Shown here in pieces: positions 1-8,065 of a stretch of DNA of 37,633 nt (position 1 is the first letter of the stretch; every line of letters starts with the position of its first letter). The DNA lies in NCBI GenBank assembly GCA_009602725.1, contig WELB01000002.1, positions 1,659,478 through 1,697,110 of the forward strand, read 5' to 3'. The DNA comes from Spirogloea muscicola. Lineage: Eukaryota. A program made the translations under genes and the position numbers. The notes under the pieces are model-generated. The model made no database searches, was not told where the DNA came from, and worked only from the letters and a program-made list of their open reading frames with translations.

Positions 1-20
1 AATCGCCTTGAGGTGAGTAC

Positions 21-1517
21 CTGAGGACACCTTCCACACACTCATCAATGAAGGTGAACGACCGCGTCTGCATGCCGTCGCCCCACATCTCAAAGTGCTC
101 CGGGGAAGTCAAGGCCTTGCGGCAGAAGGCAGCGGGAGCCTTTTCGCGCCCACCTACAAGATTCAGCAGCCGTTCATTACACTCTTGGCGTGATCAGCAC
201 AATTCCAGTAGTCTGAGCTATAACACTCCCATGGCTTTGAAACAACATCTTTGAACTCTAACCTACAAACCCTCACTTTGTGGGAATTGCCTCTCCAATG
301 CCTTTCAGTTACCCTCTGTGTGCAAGAAAGTAGAATTGCACATCGCTATCGAGAGAGCAGTGCTGATGATACCCTTCCATGTGCCGAAGGGGCCGTAGAT
401 GTTGTGGAAGCGTCCAATTCGGCACTCGACGCCGAAGTCCTTGGTGTAGTGCTTGCAGAGCTCCTCGGTCGCCAGCTTCTCCAGCCCATACGCATCTTGG
501 GGCTGGCGTGGAGCAAGATAGAGAAAATGTCAATCACCAGGCCTTTCATGTCTTAGCAGTTGACACCAACAAGATATTGCTCAATTTGGTGAGCAGAGAT
601 GTCCAGCTTAGACAGAAGCTCAGTGCGAGCAGCAAATTCTGCGTAGCAATTGACAGCTGAGTGCAGTAAAGCAAGCAATGGTGGCAGTCCTTGCCACTTA
701 GCAACCTGCCAGAGTCTCCAACAAACAGCGATTGTGAATTCTACCACCAATTACAGCTTCTAGAGACAATTAGCTGGCCACACTCTCCCATTCCTATCGA
801 TCACCACCTGCTGTCAATGAATCTGGTCAACAGGGATCCAACTTCTACACGTGATCAAGAGCTGCTCACCTCAGCTGGCCACGCGTCGGACTCCTTCAGG
901 GCGACAATGTCCGTCTCCAGCTGCTTGAACTCGGGGTAGATGCAGGCGCTGGAGGCGTAGAAGAACCTGGACAGATAGCAGATCCACTGATCAGCTGGAG
1001 TCTGCATTGCGGCGGTGCTACATCAAGGATCGGCAGATCAGGTGCGGGAGAGAGTGGCTGTGTATGGGCAGGAGGTAGGAGAAGCAGGAGTGTAGGAGAT
1101 TGGCGTGCCGGACCTCTTGACGCCGTTGAGGCGGGCGGCCTCGAGCATGTTGAAGCTGATCATGGTGTTGTTGTACATGATGACGGAGTGGTTGGACTGG
1201 ATGAAGCCCATGCCGCCCATGTCGGCGGCCAGGTTGAAGACGTGCTCCACACCGTCGGTGACCTTAAGACAGTTGTCCATGACGCGCAGATCGACGAGGT
1301 GGAATTCGTCGCAGAACATGTCCTCCGTCATGTGCTCGTTCTTCTTCCAGTCCGACGCGATGACGTAGTGGCCCTCGGTCTTGAGGCGGCGAGCAATGTG
1401 TGACGCGATGAAGCCGCCCGCGCCCGTCACCGAGATGCGCAGCTTGCCGTCGGACCAGTACGGCTCCCGCTCCAGATCCGTGGCCGTGAAGGCGTTCGGG
1501 TCGGCAGCGGCGGCCAT
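21..1517 (-). CDS. GME: GDP-mannose 3,5-epimerase (exons 1-4; 3' end lies outside the window)
   Basis: Exons about 1517-1114, 966-870, 502-373, 153-21 with GT-AG introns. They splice to MAAAADPNAF..KLRISVTGAGGFIASHIARRLK..NLAADMGGMGFIQSNHSVIMYNNTMISFNMLEAAR..RFFYASSACIYPEFKQL..PQDAYGLEKLATEELCKHY..GRFHNIYGPFGTWKGGREKAPAAFCRK..WGDGMQTRSFTFIDECVEGVLR, essentially the plant GME sequence (Rossmann GxxGxxA, YxxxK). Confidence 0.97.
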
Positions 1518-1779
1518 GGCGGCGGCGGCGGCGGCGGCGGTGGCTCAGCTCCGAGGCCCTCGGCGCTGCCGCCGCCGCCGCTGCAGCTCCTGGCCCGTCG
1601 TCGCAGCTCCCACGGCCATGGCCATGCAGGCGGCGGAGGCAGCCCGAAAAGTCCTCGCCACCGCCACCACCGCCGACGCCGGCACCGCCGCAGCGAGCGG
1701 GCTCCGGCAGCTGGCGGCTGGCGGCGGGGAAGCAGGTGCGAGGGTCAGCTGCTGGCCATGCCGGGGCCGGCGGGAGTGA

Positions 1780-1937
1780 GAAGGCGTGCGCGGTGCGCGT
1801 GAATTGGAAGAAGGGTGTTCGAATCACGCCTGGTGCACAGAAGCCAGTGCAAGAATGGAGGATTGCATGAAACGACCCCGTAAGGGGAGAAGGTGCGGTG
1901 CGCGTGAATAGAAAGTGAGGCCAATTTAAGCCAATAC
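1780..1937 (-). repeat. Two degenerate copies of a dispersed retroelement 3'-UTR motif (type B: AATTGGCCTC...TCATGCGCACCGC..CCTTCTC)
   Basis: Reverse complement of 1887-1935 (ttaaattggcctcactttctattcacgcgcaccgcaccttctcc) matches + copies at about 4803-4848, 15468-15514, 16215-16260 and 28566-28610. A partial copy lies at 1780-1810. Confidence 0.6.
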
Positions 1938-2519
1938 ATCGTTCAGGCCAAAGTAGTGCAAAATAATGAAGAGGGAAGGGGGGAATTGGGGGTCCCCCAT
2001 CCCTCCCCGTTCCTTACCCCGGAGCCCTCGGGAGTTCCGGGCGGGGGGGTTGGTGGGCCACACGGCGCGGGCCCCAATTGGTTTGTCGCGGCGGGGCTGC
2101 TCCGCCCTCCCTCCTTCCGGGCGACGGGGCCGGTGATGGGACTGATACGAGCCCGGGGAGGGGGGGTGGCCCCTGCCGGCCTAAATTTAGGGGCGTTCGG
2201 GAATGCGGGACGTCGTCTGCACGTGCGCGGCGGTTGGCCGCGGCCGGCCAAGTGGCGCCGGCTGGGCGAAGTGGACGTGCCCCGGCCGGCGGCCGGCGGC
2301 GGCGGCGGGCGACGTGGTTCGCGGCAGCTCGGGCGCGCCCCCGCGCCCCGAGGACCTCGGGACCTTGGCAGCCTTGCGTGGAAGAAGTGAAGCACTTCCC
2401 GTGTCGGAGGTGGGCTGCTGCTGCTCCAAGTCTGTCTCCGGCGGCTGGCTTTTCTAACTTGCGGGCTGCCAACCATGAGTGATTTTTCTACATGAGGTCT
2501 GCTTGCTCGTGTGTCACGG

Positions 2520-3503
2520 CACCTTCGGACCTTGTCGATTCTTCTCGGGCAATGGCTGTGAGAAGCCAGCCAAAAGGAATGTACAAGTCCGAAAACGAAT
2601 GTGAGGGCAGCCCAAACCCTACATGATCAGAAGAGCAAGCAAGCCTCCTCCGCCTAAGTGCGTGCTGGCCCGTCGGCGAGGGCGGCAGCTTCCGGCTGGC
2701 CGCCCGCCCGCGATCCCAGGCGTCGGGGTTAGCTCTCCTCAAGCTCAGCCAGCCAACAGCGCCGCCCGCAGCAGTTGGGCCGCCCACGTCTACCCACGGC
2801 TGCCGCCCAGGTCTTTGGCGGCGACGCGGCCTCTTTTCGCGGGACCCACCGCCGCGCCGGGTGGTCCCGCGCCGCCGCCCCCGCCCAGCCGCCAGACGTC
2901 GCGCTTGCAACAACGCGCCGGCCTTGCCCAACACGCCATGCACGCGCCATACTTTCCTGTCCTTTCATGTAGCCCCACTTGTCGTACTAGCTTGCTTGAA
3001 CAGTATGCTTGGATTGGCCGCCTTTCACTTCATGCGCACACCGCAGCTTCTCTCCTTTGCGCCTGCCGGCTCCTTTGTTCGTTCCTTTGGGCTGGCCTCT
3101 CACAGCCATTGCCTTACATTGCAAGAGCTGTCTCGTGTTCATCCCTTGTCGGGCCTGACCTCTCACAGCCATTGCCTCTCGTTTTCCTTTCACTCACCCC
3201 CGCCTTATGTGCGAGTGCCCTCGCCTCTGTACTTGATCCCCACGCGGCCTTCGTACTTGGCCGCTCAGGCCCCTCGCGTCATTGGCTGCACGCCGGCCTG
3301 CCTCCCTCCTCCGCCCCGCCCCGCCTCGCCCAGCATCTCCAGAGCGTCTCCTCTGGCGACATGCGAGCACGCGGGAGAAAGAAGGGGCACTCCCAGTGGG
3401 GGCAAGGAGCGCCCAACGCCCGTCGGAGGAGGCGGGCTACGCAGTCCGCCAAGCGGCGGGGCGTCAAGGAACGCAAATACGCCGATCACCCAAGGGGGAC
3501 GAG
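2520..3503. mobile_element. Cluster of degenerate RLE-type non-LTR retrotransposon remnants
   Basis: Hairpin motif GGGCTGGCCTCTCACAGCC at 3089-3107 and a variant at 3150-3170; reverse copy near 2553-2580; type B UTR at 3010-3056. The + frame ending at 3503 reads KERKYADHP(R/K)GDE, matching KAAKHADHLAGDEF in the 22057-22470 copy. Confidence 0.55.
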
Positions 3504-3866
3504 TGTTAGAATTTATGTATTAGCTCCTTCCATTTAGCCTTCATACTATTTAAGTGTCCCACTTAGGGAAGCACCTGTCGCTTCCAGGGGCAGCCTTGCC
3601 CGGATTATCGGGGTGACACGTAGGCAGATCACATGTGTGAGAATGTGCCTCACACTGGACTCACTACTTCACGTGCACCTTCGAGCCGGCTCTGTAGCCG
3701 GCCCCTGCCCGACTAGCTTAACGGACACCTTTTGGGCTGGCCCTGCAGCCGGCCCCCTCGGGGCCCCAGCGGGCTGACCCGTCGGGACCGACTGTGCCCG
3801 TGTGTCTTGCATTCTTTCAATCTGTACGAAGGGGGGCCGGTGAGCAGAAGCCCACTCACTCTAACA
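3504..3866 (+). mobile_element. Putative solo/3' LTR (363 bp)
   Basis: Begins TGTTAGA (3504-3510) and ends TCTAACA (3860-3866), a perfect 7-bp terminal inverted repeat with TG..CA ends. TATA-like tatttaag near 3547; purine-rich aagggggacgag just 5'. No matching TSD (ACGAG vs GGAGC). Confidence 0.45.
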
Positions 3867-4184
3867 GGAGCCACCGTCCTCCTTCTGCCCACTGCTCTTC
3901 CTTGCTTGCCAGCGCTCCACGCTACCTGCCTTGAGTCAGCTGCAGGCCTGCTTCCTGTCGGACCTTGCCGCCGTCACCGCCATTGGCAAGAAGGCGAGGA
4001 AGGAGCGCGGCACTCCTTCCAAGAGCGCCGCTTCTCCATTGCTCGAGCCCCAAGTGAGTGACGACGGTAATGCTCCGGGTCATGGATTTTCGGTTAGCCC
4101 TAAGTGGGTACTAACGGATAGCCCAGCTCAACGAGATCGTCCCGCTCGCCGTCGACGTACACGGTGGGTTTGGGACATGCTGGC

Positions 4185-5520
4185 TTGACCTTCTCCAGCG
4201 CCTTGTGCTCCTTCTCGTCCTTCGTTCATTCTTTTCTGGGCTGGCTTTTTCCAGCCCCTATCCTCAATGGGGGATAAGGCGGTACCTGCGCGGCGGGCAG
4301 TGGCAGCCGCCAAGGGCAGCAGAGCGAGCAGCCTGGCTTCAATGCCGCCGGGTCCCTTGCCCAAGTATTCCAGATGCGCTTGGTCACTTCCCTGCAGCGG
4401 TCCCTTGCCAGGAGCCCAGCTTCTCCGACCTGCGGCTGCTTGGCAGGGGTTACTGAGTTTCCCGTCGTCTTGTGTCTAGCTGTGTCAATTTTTTCTTGTT
4501 GGCATCTTTTTGGCTCTTTGAATTTGTCCATTTTCTTGTGGCTGGCCTCTGCCAGCCCCTCTTCTCTATGGGCCGCAAGCCATCGTTGCATGCTATAGAA
4601 TGCGGCTGTCATTGAGTCTACAGCGCTCCCAGGCACTCGCGATACACCAGCGTGCTGGGCGTGCATAAGCCCAGGCTAATGGCTTCCGTGGGGGTGATTT
4701 GGCTCCTCAGCTTAGCTTGTCAGACATGCATGTACTCACTCGGGTATACTAGTGTCCCACTTAGCCAGCTCATTACCCCGTTAATAGGACATTTGTAAGG
4801 CTAGAATTGGCCTCCCTCTCAATTTCATGCGCACCGCTCGCCTTCTCGCTATGGGCGCGCACTTTCTTGTTGCCTTCGCTGTCCACTTGCGTGCAGGCCG
4901 CGCCTTGGCTGCAGCCTCCGGTTTCCTTCAAGGCGACGTCTATCCGCCTGCTAGCTGTTCCGATCTTCACTTACTGACTAGAGGTTACTGAGAGCCCCCT
5001 TGCTGCCGTCTTAGCACTTCGTACCTGGCTTTTGCGCCATCCGACTCCTTCAGACCTTGTCCATTCCTTTGGGCTGGCCTCTGACAGCCACCAGTCAATT
5101 TGGAAGCGCTGTTGTTTCCGGACTAATTTTCCGTTCTTTTCTGCGCTGGTCATTAACAGTACCCCGCCCCGTTTTTGGGAAGAGCTCACATTTATATCCG
5201 GCTCTTCACAGCCCTCGCCCCCTTTGAAAGAACTCACTTCGTTTGCTCCTCACTCGTGTTTACTAAGTGATCCTCCCTACCCAAGCCTTTGCCCCTATTG
5301 GGAGAGCCACTTCCCTACCCAAGCTCTAAGTCAGCGCTTTTGGCCCCTTCGGACCTGAGAAAGAGAAGAAAACCTGCGGACCTTGTCAATTCTTTTGGGG
5401 CTGGCTGTTTACAGCTCTTGCTCCCCTTTGGGAGAGCTAGTTCTTTCAGCCATTTTCTTTCCGGCGGCTAGCCTTTCTGACCTGCGGCTGCTAAGTAGAG
5501 GTCACACCAGTGACCATCCT
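4185..5520 (+). mobile_element. Head-to-tail array of 5'-truncated RLE (CRE-like) non-LTR retrotransposon 3' ends
   Basis: Successive ORF tails: FNAAGSLAQVFQMRLVTSLQRSLA/EPSFSDLRLLGRGY* (about 4335-4456); YRMRLSLSLQRSQALAIHQRAGRA*..SLSDMHVLTRVY* (about 4590-4752); AVHLRAGRALAAASGFLQGDVYPPASCSDLHLLTRGY* (about 4878-4991); SLSDLRLLSRGH (5470-5505). Each is followed by a UTR with the GGCTG-CAGCC hairpin or the type B motif. Confidence 0.8.
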
Positions 5521-5798
5521 TCGTGGTACTTGCTTCGTTGTGTGTTCCAGCCCTTTTCTGGTGGCAGAAGGGGCTTGGATCTTGCCATCTGGGATTCAGG
5601 CATCAATTTGCGACCTTTATGTGTTGACCCGTAATTATTGAGCGGGTCAATTGGTGATGTACGTCATCAGCTGTGCTTGCCTTAATTCTTGGCCATTTTG
5701 GCCTTCGATTGTTTCAATAGACGATTATTTTACTTTTCGGCCCATTCGGAAGGAAGGAAGCTAGACGCACCCGAGTGCGGAAAAGGTCTTGTAAAAAC

Positions 5799-5804
5799 TT
5801 ATAT
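5799..5804 (+). promoter_or_regulatory. TATA-like element upstream of the 5S gene
   Basis: TTATAT at -29 to -24 relative to the 5S start at 5828, with C at -1, as in plant 5S rDNA upstream elements. Confidence 0.55.
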
Positions 5805-5827
5805 GCGACTTCTTCAGGAAATTTTCC

Positions 5828-5938
5828 GTGATTCGATCATACCAGGGCCACTACACCGGATCCCATCAGAACTCCGAAGTTAAAGTCCCTTGGGCGAGAA
5901 TGGGTGACCTCCCGGGAAGTCCTCGTGTCCTATCCACC
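5828..5938 (+). rRNA. Orphan 5S rRNA gene copy with 11-nt internal deletion (probable pseudogene/variant)
   Basis: CGATCATACCAG..CACCGGATCCCATCAGAACTCCGAAGTTAA..CTTGGGCGAGA^ATGGGTGACCTCCCGGGAAGTCCTCGTGT matches land-plant 5S rRNA. GTAGTACTAGG is missing at the caret. Confidence 0.88.
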
Positions 5939-5939
5939 G

Positions 5940-5949
5940 TTTTGGTTTT
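5940..5949 (+). terminator. Pol III oligo-T terminator of the 5S copy
   Basis: TTTTGGTTTT immediately after the 5S 3' end. Confidence 0.5.
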
Positions 5950-5969
5950 CGGAATCTGACGTAGTTCTT

Positions 5970-6920
5970 GTGGGGCTGGACACTCACAGCCCTTGCCCCC
6001 AAGGGAGAGCCATTTTCTTTCGTTCACAAGGCGAAGTAGCACTTGCGATGGGGCACATGTCTGTGAAAAGGCCAGACCAAAAGAATGTGAAAGCCACAGC
6101 CACCGCCAGTCTTTCAATATGCTCCAGCATCCTCAGGCATTCGCCGTGCATTTGCGGGCAGGCCGCCATGGATGACACCTCGACTTGGCATGGCGACTCT
6201 TTTCCAACTGCTACTTCAGTCAAGCTGTGACATTGACTCGAAACAGAGAAAATTCAGTCATAATGCATATCTGTGTGGTCGCGCTTTTCGGCCCCGTCGC
6301 ACCTTGGCCTCCCAATTGGGCTGGCCTTTTTACAGCGATCGCCCCCCTTTGGAAGAGCTTCTCCGGCCCCTTGGCGCTGGTCCTCCTCTTTGGGCCTTGT
6401 GCTTTTATTTGGGCTGGCCTTCGACAGGCATCGCCTCCAAGCGAAGAGCTCCTTCTCGCATCCCTTTTGCTACTTACTCCACCTACCTGTACTAACTCTC
6501 CCTCCTACACCCTCCCCGTCTTTCCTCTCTCTCCTCTATTGACACCGTCCTGCATTTGTTGCCTGGATTCATTGAGCGTCCGTTTGCACCATTCACCAAG
6601 GATAGGTACTTGCACCTACTGGCCCTTTTGGACCGTGTGCATTCATTACGGGCTGGCTCTCACAGCCATCGCCATACTTTGATAAAGCTGTTCCTTCCGT
6701 AAAAATCTCCACTTTCCCTTGCAGTTTCTAAGAAGGAATTTGATAACAACTCGTTTGCTGAGTGCTTCGTGCATTTGTGTCGGGCTTCCCTAAAACCTTG
6801 TTTATGCTTTTTGGGCTGCCCTTCCACATCACCGCCGCCTCGTTGAAGAGATTTTCACTTACTGGAGACAGTGCTCTTCCAAATAGCGGCAGAGGCTGTG
6901 AAAGGCCAGCCCACAAGGTA
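5970..6920. mobile_element. Further degenerate RLE-retroelement 3' ends
   Basis: LQHPQAFAVHLRAGR..GDSFPTA tail at about 6120-6215. Hairpin motifs at 5973-5991, 6318-6336, 6411-6428, 6650-6668 and 6812-6830 on +, and 6060-6080 and 6893-6913 on -. Confidence 0.65.
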
Positions 6921-7275
6921 GGACGTAGGGGCAAGCCCCCATTGATAAGCAAGGCAGTCAAAACCACCGAGGCAGGCGCCTCAGACAGACATACCCTGAT
7001 AACCTCTCCCCCTAGGCCCAAGTGATCAGACAATGGGACAAGCGCACCTTCATCCTTCTCAGAACTGCTTATGATCATTGCACCTTCTGATCAACCGCAG
7101 GTAGGACAGGCTGGCCGGGAGCTGGGATGGCTGACTTCTGGGCACATGCTCTGGCTGCGTGTATAACCCAGACGAATGCAGAGGCCTGATTCGTTTGACA
7201 CTATATGCAATGGTGCACTGCGAGCGAGTTTGAAACCTGGGCTGCTCACTCTCTGCCCTGCTTTGGCACATGCAG

Positions 7276-7455
7276 TGTAGAGGTTGAGAAATTCAAATCC
7301 ACTGCCCATCAAGCTCTTTGCGGGTCCGCTGCGGATGGCTAGTCTGCTCCTCTTACCCTGCTGTGGCACGTGAAGTGGAGAGATTGAAGATTCAGTCCAC
7401 TGCCCATCAAGCCACTCTTTGCGGGTCCTTCGGTGGATATTAGACTACAGCTCTT
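7276..7455 (+). repeat. Imperfect direct duplication (about 80 bp unit)
   Basis: TCCACTGCCCATCAAGC..CTCTTTGCGGGTCC occurs at about 7298-7327 and 7396-7428 with similar flanks. Confidence 0.7.
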
Positions 7456-7585
7456 CTAGTAGAAGGCAGGGATACCGAGTGCAGCCCAGCCCACATGGGC
7501 TCTGAGTCTCGGTGACCGTCGTCTGTGATCAACCGGGCTGTGCTGGGCTGGTCAAACCCCCCGGCCCAACGCCCAGACGCCCAGA

Positions 7586-7692
7586 TTGCTGTGGGGGCCT
7601 CGTCCGACTTGTCGCGCCGAGCCCGGTGTGAAACCTACATTCCCCTCAACCCTAATCTCCAAAACCCTAAACCCTAGCCAACGTGGAGCCCC

Positions 7693-7731
<39 letters not shown>

Positions 7732-7746
7732 AGGAGCGCGCGGCGN

Positions 7747-7785
<39 letters not shown>

Positions 7786-8000
7786 GGTTCTCCTTCTGCC
7801 GCAGCTGGACCGGCGTCTGCGTGTACCGCCTCCGCCTGGCGCCGTCCTCGGCGGCGGCCGGCGCCGTCGCCGTTGCCGAGGCCTGGGTGAACGCCGACCC
7901 GGAGCAGTACCGCGCCGCTGAGGACGACGCCGTCGAGGCCGAGCACCTGCGCCGGCTCCTGCAGCTCGCCGTGGAGCACGACGACGGCTGCGGCCACTGA
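7586..8000 (+). CDS. Small protein with a bacterial-type uncharacterised domain (F-x-R-S-W-T-G...W-V-N-x-D-P-E-Q-Y); 5' end unresolved, N gap at 7746
   Basis: The frame ending at TGA 7998-8000 reads GEWFSFCRSWTGVCVYRLRLAPSSAAAGAVAVAEAWVNADPEQYRAAEDDAVEAEHLRRLLQLAVEH with strong GC3 codon bias. A phase-1 GT-AG intron at 7626-7677 joins it in frame to LLWGPRPTCRAEP. Confidence 0.6.
7662..7677 (+). promoter_or_regulatory. Telo-box / telomere-type repeat AAACCCTAAACCCTAG
   Basis: Two plant telomeric units plus a degenerate AACCCTAA at 7648; site II-like GGCCCA at 7563. Confidence 0.5.
7695..7782. repeat. (GCC)n/(GGC)n inverted microsatellite with an assembly gap
   Basis: A GCC run is followed by a GGC run, with a single N at 7746. 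Confidence 0.9.
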
Positions 8001-8065
8001 GCTCGTGTTCTGCTGCAGCAGTCGCCATCTCTCAGCTCGTGGCCCTTGCTGGGTTGGCCTCTGCC

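Noticed and set aside
1943..2482. Overlapping Pro/Arg/Gly-rich ORFs on both strands
   Set aside because: Very GC-rich low-complexity sequence with no recognisable motif or splice structure.
2623..3537. 304-aa plus-strand ORF
   Set aside because: It runs through several unrelated retroelement UTR fragments; GC-rich chance read-through, not a gene.
5828..5938. Cassandra or SINE3 element carrying 5S
   Set aside because: No flanking LTR pair or TSD. It has 5S-type upstream TATA and terminator and covers the full 5S length apart from the deletion.
4185..6920. CRISPR-like array of recurring GGGCTGGCCTCTCACAGCC repeats
   Set aside because: Irregular spacing, both orientations, heavy divergence, attachment to retroelement ORF tails, eukaryotic context and no cas genes.
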